A DNA stretch of 64,000 nt from an uncultured Smithella sp. GTDB taxonomy: Bacteria > Desulfobacterota > Syntrophia > Syntrophales > Smithellaceae. The stretch lies in NCBI GenBank assembly GCA_964394715.1, contig CAYMYR010000003.1:12457-76456 (forward strand), in the 5' to 3' direction. Below the pieces are notes generated by a model that saw nothing but the letters and a program-made list of their open reading frames with translations, did no database searches and was not told where the DNA came from. Below are positions 7,872 to 17,558 of the stretch, one piece after another (positions within the stretch are counted from its first letter, which is position 1; the number at the start of each line of letters is the position of its first letter). Both the position numbers and the translations under genes were made by a program.

Positions 7872-9062
7872 ATGAAAAAAGTTTTTGTTGCAGTTATGAT
7901 TTTATGCGCGGCCTTTTTGATTCCAATGGCGGCCGGAGCGGCCAAACCGGGGTTTGACGACAAGGAAATCCGGATTGCTCAGTGGGGACCCCAGACAGGT
8001 CCTGCCGCGCCATGGGGATCGGTCGCCCGGGGCAGCGATATTCTCTTTAAAATTGTCAACGATGAAGGCGGTATCCACGGCCGTAAAATCAAGTACTTTA
8101 TTCGCGATGATCAGTATAATCCCGCTCAGACCAAGGCTGTGGTCAAGGAACTGGTCGAGCGTGAGGGAATTTTTGCCTTTGTCGGAGGCGTCAGCGCGGC
8201 GGCCGGCATGGCGGTCAAAGGTTATCTGGCCGAAAACAAGGTCATCTGGGTTGGTCCCGCAACGGCCATTAATGAGTATGTTTTCCCGGTAAATCCATAT
8301 CTTTTTGGAATTTATCCCCTTTACGACGATGAAGCAAGCATTTTGACCAAATATGCAGTGGAAAAGCTCAAAGCGAAAAAAATCGCATTCTTTTATCAGA
8401 ATGATGCGTACGGCAAGAGCGGTTTGCAAGGCTGCAAGGCCAGGATGGCCAAACTCAAGATGAAACTTGTGGAAGAGAGTTCGGTAGAACCCGGCGAAAA
8501 AGATCTTTCCTCCCAGATGTTGCGCCTGAAAAAATCCGAAGCCGACGTGGTGATCATGTGGGTCAATCCAACCTCGGCCACGATTGCGCTGAAAACCGCC
8601 TCAACCATTGGATTTAAACCGCAGTGGATTTCTTCCAACACGCTGTCCGACTATCCGCTGATGAATAAAATAACCGGCGGACTGTGGGAAGGCGTTATCA
8701 CCGGCGCGTTTGCCCTTGCTCCTGACTCCGACACACCGCTTCTGAAAAAATACCGTGAGGCCGCAAAAAAATATGCTCCTGAAGAACGCTGGGGTACCTT
8801 CTACATGGCAGGTATCCTCTTTGCCGAACCTCTGATCGAAGCCCTCAAAAAGACCGGTCCAAAACTCAGCACGGAAGCGGCCTTAAAACAGCTCAACTCG
8901 ATGAAAAAGTTTCAGGGAATCGGCCCTCCGGTGACCTGGAGCCCTGATGTCCATCAGGGATCGGATGCCATCATGATTCAGAAGTGCGGTCCCAATTCCA
9001 CGTACATCACGCTTCAGGACTGGACAACCAACGAATTGGCAACCTGGAAAAAGAAGAAATAA
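7872..9062 (+). CDS. HAAT ABC transporter substrate-binding protein
   Basis: Signal peptide, GGIHGRKI...DDQYNP, YQNDAYG. Confidence 0.92.
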   Translation: MKKVFVAVMILCAAFLIPMAAGAAKPGFDDKEIRIAQWGPQTGPAAPWGSVARGSDILFKIVNDEGGIHGRKIKYFIRDDQYNPAQTKAVVKELVEREGIFAFVGGVSAAAGMAVKGYLAENKVIWVGPATAINEYVFPVNPYLFGIYPLYDDEASILTKYAVEKLKAKKIAFFYQNDAYGKSGLQGCKARMAKLKMKLVEESSVEPGEKDLSSQMLRLKKSEADVVIMWVNPTSATIALKTASTIGFKPQWISSNTLSDYPLMNKITGGLWEGVITGAFALAPDSDTPLLKKYREAAKKYAPEERWGTFYMAGILFAEPLIEALKKTGPKLSTEAALKQLNSMKKFQGIGPPVTWSPDVHQGSDAIMIQKCGPNSTYITLQDWTTNELATWKKKK

Positions 9063-9070
9063 TTGCAATA

Positions 9071-9104
9071 AACGGGAAGCGGGGTCCTTACCCTGCTTCC
9101 CGTT
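9071..9104 (+). terminator. 14-bp stem-loop after the binding-protein gene (partial terminator or mRNA stabiliser)
   Basis: AACGGGAAGCGGGG-TCCTTA-CCCTGCTTCCCGTT, no U-tract. Confidence 0.6.
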
Positions 9105-9144
9105 GGAAAAAACCGGTTTTTGCGGTCTCGGGTAAATAAGGTCT

Positions 9145-9918
9145 ATGGCGCATTTTAAAGTGCAACACTTAAGCATCGCTTTCGGCGGCATCAGGGCAGT
9201 CAATGATGTCAGTTTTGAAGTCGAGCACAATAAGATATTCTCGATCATCGGACCGAACGGAAGCGGAAAAACAACCATCTTCAATATGATCAGCGGCATT
9301 TACAAGCCCAATGAAGGCGAGGTGATCCTGGAAAGCGAAAATCTTATCGGCCTGCGTCCCGATACCATTGCCCGTAAAGGCGTCGCGCGAACCTTCCAGA
9401 ATATCCAGCTTTTCGGCAATGCCACCGTTATGGACAACCTTATGCTGGGTCGGCACATTCACATGAAAACGGGGATCTTAAGCGGCGCCTTTATGTGGGG
9501 CAAACGTTCACGGGCTGCCCGGGAAGAGATCAGGCATCGGGAAACCATCGAACACATTATTGATTTCCTTGATCTTCAGTCTCTGCGCGACCAGTTTGTC
9601 TCCAATCTGCCCTATGGGAAACGCAAGCTGGTGGAGTTGGGCCGGGCGCTGGCCCTGGAACCCAAAGTGCTGCTGCTGGACGAGCCGTCTGCCGGCATGA
9701 ACACGGAAGAAAAAGACGATCTCCGCATCTGGATCAAGGACATTCAGGAAGACTATAAAGTGACCATTCTCCTCATCGAACATGACATGAACATGGTGAT
9801 GGGTATTTCAGACAGAATCCTGGCCATCAACCAGGGAGTGAAAATTATCGAGGGAACACCGCAGGAAGTTCAGAAGCATCCGGACGTGGTTGCTGCCTAC
9901 CTGGGGGAGGAAGACTGA
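9145..9918 (+). CDS. livG: HAAT ABC transporter ATP-binding protein
   Basis: GPNGSGKTT, LPYGKRK, LLLDEP. Confidence 0.93.
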   Translation: MAHFKVQHLSIAFGGIRAVNDVSFEVEHNKIFSIIGPNGSGKTTIFNMISGIYKPNEGEVILESENLIGLRPDTIARKGVARTFQNIQLFGNATVMDNLMLGRHIHMKTGILSGAFMWGKRSRAAREEIRHRETIEHIIDFLDLQSLRDQFVSNLPYGKRKLVELGRALALEPKVLLLDEPSAGMNTEEKDDLRIWIKDIQEDYKVTILLIEHDMNMVMGISDRILAINQGVKIIEGTPQEVQKHPDVVAAYLGEED

Positions 9919-10688
9919 TGCTGTCCGTAAAAAATATCGAAACCTGGTATGATCTGATCCGGGCGCTGCACGGCATCTCCTTTGAAATCAAGCAGGGAGA
10001 CATAGTAGCGCTTCTGGGCAGCAACGGCGCCGGGAAGACGACCACGCTCAAAACCATCATGCGCCTTCTGGAAGATGACCAGCCGGAAAAAGGCACCATT
10101 GAGTTTATGGGTAAAAGAATCGATCGCATGGACACGGAAGAAATCGTTCGTCTCGGCATCAGTTACGTACCAGAAGGACGAGAAGTTTTTCCGGAGCTCA
10201 CGGTGATGGAAAACATTCAGATGGGTGCTTATACGCGCAAAGACCGACAGGGTATTAAAGACGATATTGAAGGCATTCTCAAACAGTTTCCTATCTTAAG
10301 CGAGCGCAGGAATCAGCAGGCCGGGCATTTAAGCGGTGGCGAGCAGCAGATGCTGGCAATCGGACGGGCGCTGATGAGCCGCCCCAAACTGCTGATGCTG
10401 GACGAGCCGTCGCTGGGGCTTTCACCGCTTTTGACCAAGGAGATTTTCGCGATTATTCAGAAAATCAATCAGGAGGGTGTAACCATTTTACTTGTCGAAC
10501 AGAATGTCAATATGGCGCTTAAATATTCCCACTATGCGTTTCTTATGGAGAATGGTCGCATTGTTCGGGCCGACAAGCCGGAAGTGTTGCGTGAAGATGA
10601 TGACGTGAAAGAATTCTACCTGGGAATTGCTACGGAAACATCGGCGAAGGGATACAAGCGCTATCGCAGAAAGGTCCGTTTCCGCTGA
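9918..10688 (+). CDS. livF: HAAT ABC transporter ATP-binding protein
   Basis: GSNGAGKTT, LSGGEQQM, LMLDEPSLGL. Confidence 0.93.
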   Translation: MLSVKNIETWYDLIRALHGISFEIKQGDIVALLGSNGAGKTTTLKTIMRLLEDDQPEKGTIEFMGKRIDRMDTEEIVRLGISYVPEGREVFPELTVMENIQMGAYTRKDRQGIKDDIEGILKQFPILSERRNQQAGHLSGGEQQMLAIGRALMSRPKLLMLDEPSLGLSPLLTKEIFAIIQKINQEGVTILLVEQNVNMALKYSHYAFLMENGRIVRADKPEVLREDDDVKEFYLGIATETSAKGYKRYRRKVRFR

Positions 10689-10700
10689 GGTGCGTAAAGA

Positions 10701-12518
10701 ATGGATAAAGACAACGTTCAAACTCTGCCACAGAGCCTGAAAATATTAATGCAGACCCAGCCGGACCGGATCGCCATGCGCATGAAGGATTACGGCATCT
10801 GGCACGATATCACCTGGTCGCAGTACTATCAGAATGTGAAGAAGGTTGCCATGGGGCTGCATTCTCTCGGCGTCAAACGCGGCGACCATGTGGCGATTGT
10901 CGGCGAAAACAAGCCCGAGTGGCTTTTCTCAGCCATGGGGGTGATGTCGCTGGGCGGCATCTTTGTCGGTGTTTATACCACGAACCCGGTAGCTGAATGC
11001 GAATATGTTGTCGGGCATTCCGAATCTGTTGTTTTTTTCTGTGAGGACGAAGAACAGTTTGATAAAGCTCTGGCGTTTCGCGAGCGGACGCCGCATCTCA
11101 AAAAATGCGTGGTCTGGGACATGGAGGGACTCAGGCATTTCAGCGACCCGATGCTGATGAGTCTGGACGATTTGATGGCGCTTGGAGAGAAAACCGATCG
11201 GGAGAATCCGGGCCTGTATGAGAAAATTGTAGAGGAAGGAAAAACCGAAGAGACCGCGTCCATTATTTACACGTCGGGCACCACCGGCCCTCCGAAAGGT
11301 GCGATGATCGCACACCGGAATTATTTATGGATTGCGCGTCAGACTGAAAAAATCACAAAGATGGAAACGAAGGATGAAACCATTTCCTTCCTGCCGCTCA
11401 ATCATGTCTATGAACAGATCTTTGATATGATGATGCACATGCGGGCGGGCCATATCGTCAACTTCACGGAGAACACCGATACCGTCATGAATGATCTGCG
11501 CGATGTTTCGCCCACTCTCTTTCATGCGGTGCCCCGCATCTGGGAAAAATACCATTCGGGGATCGTGCTTAAAATGGCCGATGCCACATGGTTAAAGCGG
11601 ACGGTCTTTAACCTCTGTTTCAAGATTGGTTCCCGCTACAACACTTACAAATTAAGCAATAAGCCCATCCCCTGGTATTTATATCTGGGGTACCAGCTGG
11701 CTTATTTCAGCGTTTTCTGGAAACTCAAGGAGCGTCTGGGGTTTGACCGCGTTCGCCTGGGGTTTTCCGGCGCGGCGCCTATTTCACATGAGATCCTGAA
11801 ATTCTTCCAGAGCATCGGCATTCCGATCCGGGAAGGTTACGGGCTCACCGAGACCACGGGCATCACGCACATTTCCGACGCGGAAAATTTTAAGCTGGGG
11901 ACCGTGGGCAGGAGCCTGCCGGACGCCAAAGTAAAAATTGCCGAGGATGGGGAAATCCTGATTCAGCACGGCGGGATCTTTCAGGGCTACTTCAAGGAAC
12001 CCGAAGCTACGGCTGCGGCTCTGGAGGGCGGCTGGTTCCACACGGGTGACGTGGGAGAGGTGGATGAGGAAGGTTATCTCAAAATAACCGACCGAAAGAA
12101 AGACCTGATCATAACAGCAGGCGGCAAGAACATCGCGCCTCAGTATATTGAAAATCTGCTCAAGTTTTCCCCGTACATCACTGATGCCGTAGTCATTGGC
12201 GACCGGCGCAAATTTGTTTCGGCGCTGATTGTCATTGATGAGGAGAACGTTGTCAAATATGCACAGGATAATAAAGTACAGTACACAACCTTTGCCAGCC
12301 TCACCCGGACAGAGGAGGTCATCAAGCTGATCTCCGATGAAGTGGAAAAAGTGAACAAGCAGATCGCCCGTGTGGAAAACATCCGCAAGTTCCGCCTGCT
12401 GGATAAAAAGCTATACACAGAGGATGGCGAAGTTACACCGACAATGAAAGTCAAACGCAAATCCATCGCCGAACAGTACAAAAACATCATTGAAGAAATG
12501 TATCAGTCGGGCGAATAA
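10701..12518 (+). CDS. fadD: Long-chain fatty acid-CoA ligase (AMP-dependent synthetase)
   Basis: YTSGTTGPPKG, EGYGLTET, FHTGD, DRKKDLIITAGGKNIAP. Confidence 0.9.
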   Translation: MDKDNVQTLPQSLKILMQTQPDRIAMRMKDYGIWHDITWSQYYQNVKKVAMGLHSLGVKRGDHVAIVGENKPEWLFSAMGVMSLGGIFVGVYTTNPVAECEYVVGHSESVVFFCEDEEQFDKALAFRERTPHLKKCVVWDMEGLRHFSDPMLMSLDDLMALGEKTDRENPGLYEKIVEEGKTEETASIIYTSGTTGPPKGAMIAHRNYLWIARQTEKITKMETKDETISFLPLNHVYEQIFDMMMHMRAGHIVNFTENTDTVMNDLRDVSPTLFHAVPRIWEKYHSGIVLKMADATWLKRTVFNLCFKIGSRYNTYKLSNKPIPWYLYLGYQLAYFSVFWKLKERLGFDRVRLGFSGAAPISHEILKFFQSIGIPIREGYGLTETTGITHISDAENFKLGTVGRSLPDAKVKIAEDGEILIQHGGIFQGYFKEPEATAAALEGGWFHTGDVGEVDEEGYLKITDRKKDLIITAGGKNIAPQYIENLLKFSPYITDAVVIGDRRKFVSALIVIDEENVVKYAQDNKVQYTTFASLTRTEEVIKLISDEVEKVNKQIARVENIRKFRLLDKKLYTEDGEVTPTMKVKRKSIAEQYKNIIEEMYQSGE

Positions 12519-12567
12519 CATTTCTCATTTCCTTCCTTTGTCAAAAGGTTTTCTCTCGTTTGTGCGG

Positions 12568-12596
12568 TTGACAAACCGTTCCATCAATTGTATGAA
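12568..12596 (+). promoter_or_regulatory. Sigma70-like promoter
   Basis: TTGACA-17 nt-TATGAA. Confidence 0.45.
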
Positions 12597-12650
12597 ATTA
12601 CCTTTAAAAGTAAATACGTTTGTGGAAAAAAGCAGGGAACTATCAAACAA

Positions 12651-12977
12651 ATGTCCATCTATTTACAGATTCTTCTACTGGTTGCCGCCTTTATTGTCTT
12701 TGTTTTTGCGGCCATGTATTTTGCGGGATTGGGACTGCGGCGGGTATGCTTTAAAATGATCGCCGAAATGGAAGAGGCCGGGGCCTTCAAGGCCAGCAAG
12801 GCGATTAAGCTGCAGGATGAAAGGAAGAATTTTTTTCAGGTGGGTACGGGCAACCTGCGGCCCAGAGCACTTCAACTGCTGATTTCCGACAAACTGGTTG
12901 TCAAAACACCAGAGGGTAAATATTATCTGGACAAAGAGAAACTGGCGGAAATGAGAACTAAATTGAATAAAACCTGA
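12651..12977 (+). CDS. Hypothetical protein, one N-terminal TM and a winged-helix-like C-terminus
   Basis: ORF with hydrophobic N-terminus, ends LVVKTPEGKYYLD. Confidence 0.6.
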   Translation: MSIYLQILLLVAAFIVFVFAAMYFAGLGLRRVCFKMIAEMEEAGAFKASKAIKLQDERKNFFQVGTGNLRPRALQLLISDKLVVKTPEGKYYLDKEKLAEMRTKLNKT

Positions 12978-13241
12978 TTTCCGGTTTTTCAATATCCATA
13001 CGATTTTTTTTCGACAGTCCTCCGAGCCGCCAAATCTATGAATTACAGAAAACACGATGCTTGCCACGATCACGTGAATCGGTTATGAAGTCACGCAATG
13101 GTTACTCCGGCAATGCTGAATCTTTGATTGACTTTGCCGTGTCTTTTTTCTATATGCCAAATGACATTTTAGATTTGCAGTATTGAGTATCGAAGATCAT
13201 GATAAGGGACAAACAGGCGGTTCCATGCCCCGGTCCGGGAG

Positions 13242-14399
13242 ATGAATTTGCAATTTAACCCGTGTATTAAACATAAACTGATCCGCAACTCCGCCCGGCA
13301 TTTTGCCGAGACGGAACTTGCGCCGATTGCTGCCGAAATTGACCAGCAGCGGATTTTTCCCCGTGACGCCATCAATAAGATGAAGGCCCTTAACTATTTT
13401 GGTCTGCAGGTGCCTGAGGAATACGGAGGCGCAGCCCTGGATTCCATAAGCACTGCCATTGTCGTGGAGGAACTGTCGCGCGTGTGCGCCGCGGTTGGCT
13501 TGTGTGTAACCGTTCATAACGGCGTGGCGGTCTATCCTTTCCTGCAATTTGCCAGTGCCAGCCAGAAGGAAACTTACCTGCCTCAATTGGCTTCGGGTGA
13601 TGTAATCGGTGCGTTTAGTCTCACTGAGGCCAACGCGGGATCTGATGCCGGCAGTGTCGAAATGACAGCCGTGAAAAGCGGTTCGGATTACATTTTAAAC
13701 GGCACGAAAATTTTTGTTACCAACGGCGGAGTATGCGATGTCGCTTTAATTTTCGCATTGACTTCTCTGCCGGAAAATAAGCTGCAAAGCAGTGTCTTTA
13801 TTGTTGAAAGTAAATATCCGGGCTTCCTGCGCGGCGAACTGGAAGATCTATGTGGTATGCGTGCAAACCCTGTTTCGTCCCTGTTTTTTGAAGACTGCCG
13901 CGTGCCGGAAGAAAACCTTCTGGGCAAACTCGGCGACGGCATGAAAATTGGCCTGGCGACCCTGGACAACGGCCGGATCGGCGTGGCCGCACAGGCCCTG
14001 GGCATTGCGCAGGGCGCCATGGAAGCGGCGGTGAAATACGCCAAAGAAAGACAGCAGTTCAAAAGACCCATTGCCTCCCAGCAGACGATCCAAAATTATA
14101 TTGCCGATATGGCGACAGAAATCATGGCTGCCCGCCTGCTTTTGTACCGTGCCTGCGAACTCAAGGACGCGGGGGCGCCGTTTGGATGCGAAGCGTCCAT
14201 GGCCAAGCTCTACTGCAGTTCCGTGGCTTCCAGAGTGACGGGATTGGCTGTCCAGATTCACGGAGGCTACGGCTACAGCAAGGAGTATGACGTAGAGCGT
14301 TATTTCCGGGACGCCAAGGTCACGGAAATTTACGAAGGCACAAGCGAAATCCAGCGGATGGTGATTGCCCGCGCCATTCTATCTCAATCGATGATGTGA
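13242..14399 (+). CDS. Acyl-CoA dehydrogenase (butyryl-CoA DH-like)
   Basis: FSLTEANAGSDA, NGTKIFVTNG, QIHGGYGY, IYEGTSEIQR. Confidence 0.95.
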   Translation: MNLQFNPCIKHKLIRNSARHFAETELAPIAAEIDQQRIFPRDAINKMKALNYFGLQVPEEYGGAALDSISTAIVVEELSRVCAAVGLCVTVHNGVAVYPFLQFASASQKETYLPQLASGDVIGAFSLTEANAGSDAGSVEMTAVKSGSDYILNGTKIFVTNGGVCDVALIFALTSLPENKLQSSVFIVESKYPGFLRGELEDLCGMRANPVSSLFFEDCRVPEENLLGKLGDGMKIGLATLDNGRIGVAAQALGIAQGAMEAAVKYAKERQQFKRPIASQQTIQNYIADMATEIMAARLLLYRACELKDAGAPFGCEASMAKLYCSSVASRVTGLAVQIHGGYGYSKEYDVERYFRDAKVTEIYEGTSEIQRMVIARAILSQSMM

Positions 14400-14404
14400 A
14401 ACCT

Positions 14405-15226
14405 ATGCTGAATATTGTGGTGTGTATCAAACAGGTGCCAATGGTCACCGAATTGCCCTGGGATGAAGGATCCGGAACGCTCAGACGGGATCTGGCGGCG
14501 GGAATGATGAATCCTGCCTGCAAGCACGCGGTGGAAGCGGCCCTGCAAATCAAGAACAATCAGGGCGCGTCCATTACGGTCATGACAATGGGCCCGCCTG
14601 CAGCGGAAGAAGTTTTGCGGGAAGCGCTTGCCATGGGAGCGGACCGCGGTGTCCTGATCTGCGACAGAGTGCTGGCGGGTGCCGACACCTATGCGACCTC
14701 ATTTATCCTTGCGTCAGCGATTAGAAAAAAATGTCCTTCCTTTGATCTCATTCTGTGCGGTGCATATACATCGGACAGCGAGACCGCACAGGTCGGTCCT
14801 CAGCTGGCGGAGGAGCTGAGTCTGCCGGCGGCGGCCTACGCGGAAAACATCGAAATAAGCAGCAAGACGCTGCGGGTTCGCCGTCTGGTGGATCATTTTC
14901 GGGAGACGCTGGAGATGGAACTGCCGGCGCTGGTGACGGTCTCCATGGAAAAATATCAGCCGCGTTACGCATCGTTTTCCGGATTGGACAAGGCTTTTAC
15001 ACGGGCCGGCATTTCCGTTCTGAATGCAGAGAAACTCGGCATTTCATCCATAGATCTTGCCGAGCAGGGGTCACGAACCAGAGTCCGCAAGGTTTTTGTC
15101 CGCAAAGCGCAGAAGGAAAATGTAATGATCACGGGAGCGGCGGCCAGGGCTGCGAGCGAATTTCTGGACCGGTATGAAAGAAAAATCGGAGCGGCAATCG
15201 GCAAATCCATCGAGGCGAAAAAATAA
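14405..15226 (+). CDS. etfB: Electron transfer flavoprotein beta subunit
   Basis: VCIKQVP, ALAMGAD, GADTYATS, DSETAQVGP. Confidence 0.92.
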   Translation: MLNIVVCIKQVPMVTELPWDEGSGTLRRDLAAGMMNPACKHAVEAALQIKNNQGASITVMTMGPPAAEEVLREALAMGADRGVLICDRVLAGADTYATSFILASAIRKKCPSFDLILCGAYTSDSETAQVGPQLAEELSLPAAAYAENIEISSKTLRVRRLVDHFRETLEMELPALVTVSMEKYQPRYASFSGLDKAFTRAGISVLNAEKLGISSIDLAEQGSRTRVRKVFVRKAQKENVMITGAAARAASEFLDRYERKIGAAIGKSIEAKK

Positions 15227-15256
15227 CGGCATCAGGGGGCGGAGTCGGGTCCAATC

Positions 15257-16258
15257 ATGGTGAGCAAACAAAAAAGTATCTGGGTATTCGGTGATTACCG
15301 CAATTATTATCAAAACCGGGTGACGCTGCAGCTGCTTTCCAGGGCGGTTGATCTTTCGCGCACACTGAAAGCGGAAGTATGCGCGGTTTTGTTCGGCCAT
15401 GATATTGAAGAGTGGATCATGGAATACACCGCGCACGGTGCGGATCGTATACTGGCCATCGACCATCCGTCCCTCACCAGCTATAGCACGGAGAACTACC
15501 TGGCGTTGATTGAAAAACTGGCCAGGGAAAGAGATCCGGACATCATTCTGATTGGAGCGACAGATTTCGGTCGGGAATTCGCGCCGCGGCTGGCCAAGCG
15601 CCTGCAGACGGGGCTGTCCGCCGATTGCGTTGGCCTGGACATCACGTCCGAAGGACTGCTGGTTCAGATCGCGCCATCATTTGGCGGCAACATGCTGGCG
15701 GAAATTGTCACGGAGCATCATCGTCCTCAGATGGCCACCGTTCGTCCCGGTACTTTCAAGGAAATTCCGCACAACAACGAAAGAACGGCTATTGTGGAGC
15801 GCCTGCCGCTGCCTGCCGATCTTCCTGCCTCGCGGGTTCGGCTGGTCGAGTATGAACGGGCTGCGCAGCGGGAGCACAGAATGGAAAACGCCGCTGTGAT
15901 TGTCTGCGGCGGACGCGGCATGGGCAATAAAAATAATTTTAAAAAACTCGACGAACTGGCCGGACTTTTAGGCGGAGATGTCGGTGCGACGAGGCCCGTG
16001 GTTTACGCCGGTTGGGCCGGACATGATTCGCTGGTCGGTCAGGCGGGAAAACATATCAAGCCGAAAATACTGTTTTCTTTCGGTATCAGCGGCGCCATTC
16101 AGCACACGGCGGGACTGGGGGAAGCGGATTTTATAGTCGCGATCAACAAAAACCCTCAGGCGACCATGATGAAAATGTCGGATGTCGCCATCGTGGCCGA
16201 TGCCGGTGATTGGCTCCACCACCTGATCAGGGAATTGAAAAAAAGAATCCGGGAATAA
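15257..16258 (+). CDS. etfA: Electron transfer flavoprotein alpha subunit
   Basis: TGLSADC, RPQMATVRPG, GGRGMG, GISGAIQH. Confidence 0.92.
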   Translation: MVSKQKSIWVFGDYRNYYQNRVTLQLLSRAVDLSRTLKAEVCAVLFGHDIEEWIMEYTAHGADRILAIDHPSLTSYSTENYLALIEKLARERDPDIILIGATDFGREFAPRLAKRLQTGLSADCVGLDITSEGLLVQIAPSFGGNMLAEIVTEHHRPQMATVRPGTFKEIPHNNERTAIVERLPLPADLPASRVRLVEYERAAQREHRMENAAVIVCGGRGMGNKNNFKKLDELAGLLGGDVGATRPVVYAGWAGHDSLVGQAGKHIKPKILFSFGISGAIQHTAGLGEADFIVAINKNPQATMMKMSDVAIVADAGDWLHHLIRELKKRIRE

Positions 16259-16273
16259 AAAAGCCGTTACCTG

Positions 16274-16858
16274 TTATCGCGCAGCTGAGGTTCCATGTTT
16301 TTTGCTGCTTGTCCCTGTCAGCGGAAAGACACCCTTGCGGACAGAGCGTACATCTTCAATCGTGAAAAATGCCATTGGATTACAGGTTCTGACGATTTCG
16401 AGCACCCGGTCAATGTCTTTTCTTTTCACGATGGTAAAAATAATTTTTACCGGTCCCATAACGCCTTGGGCATCCACGTGTGTAACACCATACCGGTTGG
16501 TCTTCAGAACCTCAATGAGCGGCAGGGCTTCTTTCTGGGTGATAATGCGGATGACCACGGTGCCGATGGCCATTTTTTCTTCCAGGATAATCCCGATGAA
16601 GTTGCCCATTGCGAAACCCCCTGCATAGGCTACATAGCAAACCGGATTGGACAGGTTTTGGAAAATCTGGCTGATGGCCATGAGCCAGATCAACACCTCA
16701 AAAAAACCGATCATCGGCGCGGCAAACTTCATTCCACGCGATACATAAATAATGCGAAGCGTGTCGAGCGTCACATCGCAGATGCGGGCCATGAAAATTA
16801 AGGCCGGTAAAATTACAAATTTAAAGATCTCGGAATGATAAATTGCAGCGATGTCCAT
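16274..16858 (-). CDS. UPF0316 (DUF2179/DUF5698) membrane protein
   Basis: IFMARICDVTLDTLRII, YAGGFAMGNFIG, YGVT. Confidence 0.85.
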   Translation of the reverse strand: MDIAAIYHSEIFKFVILPALIFMARICDVTLDTLRIIYVSRGMKFAAPMIGFFEVLIWLMAISQIFQNLSNPVCYVAYAGGFAMGNFIGIILEEKMAIGTVVIRIITQKEALPLIEVLKTNRYGVTHVDAQGVMGPVKIIFTIVKRKDIDRVLEIVRTCNPMAFFTIEDVRSVRKGVFPLTGTSSKKHGTSAAR

Positions 16859-16918
16859 GGTGTTGGTTCCAGTCAGGTGATATTGATTTCATTATAAGCA
16901 TATAAATACTTTATGTCA

Positions 16919-16946
16919 ACAAGGGCAATTGCACAAGGGCAATTGC
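16919..16946. repeat. Perfect 14-bp tandem repeat containing the palindrome GCAATTGC
   Basis: ACAAGGGCAATTGC x2, between divergent genes. Confidence 0.8.
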
Positions 16947-17011
16947 CAGACAGGGGGCTTGATTTCTGTGTTCCAGTCGTTATAAAGAACCCTGGAATTT
17001 GCCATAAAAGG

Positions 17012-17039
17012 TTGACATCAATGGATGATAATATATAAT
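17012..17039 (+). promoter_or_regulatory. Sigma70 promoter of the usp gene
   Basis: TTGACA-16 nt-TATAAT. Confidence 0.7.
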
Positions 17040-17068
17040 TCCAATCCATCAACCGGAAGGGTTTCTTT

Positions 17069-17479
17069 ATGAACACGTACAAAAATATTTTATACGCGAT
17101 CAATCTCAACGATGAAAACATTAAATCCATCATTTATGCTCTGGAATTTGCCAGGCTTTTTAACAGCCGGATTCACATTGTCTATGTCAATGATCCGCAG
17201 GCCGGTTATCGCCACCCGACAGACAGGGAAGACGCTGTGTCTCTGAGAGTCAGGGAGACCGTGCCCGAATCTCTGCTGGAAAATCTGGATGTTGTCTATG
17301 CCGTATCCAAGGGAAATACGGCGGAAGAGATCGTCCGGTATGCGCAGGAGCATCAGATCGATCTGATCATGGTTGGACATAAGCACCGCAGCAAGCTTTA
17401 TTCAACGCTTTTTGACAGCGATGATGTAAATATTATTGATACGGCGCAGCTGCCCGTCTTAGTCATTCCGGAAAAGTAG
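17069..17479 (+). CDS. Universal stress protein
   Basis: YKNILYAI, G.TAEEIVRYA...IDLIMVG, ends PVLVIP. Confidence 0.88.
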   Translation: MNTYKNILYAINLNDENIKSIIYALEFARLFNSRIHIVYVNDPQAGYRHPTDREDAVSLRVRETVPESLLENLDVVYAVSKGNTAEEIVRYAQEHQIDLIMVGHKHRSKLYSTLFDSDDVNIIDTAQLPVLVIPEK

Positions 17480-17558
17480 ATCATCATCGCCGAAAGGTGG
17501 CCCGGAAATTTTCACAAATCATCAGTTTATTGTTTGATAGGGCGTTAAGGAAAATATT

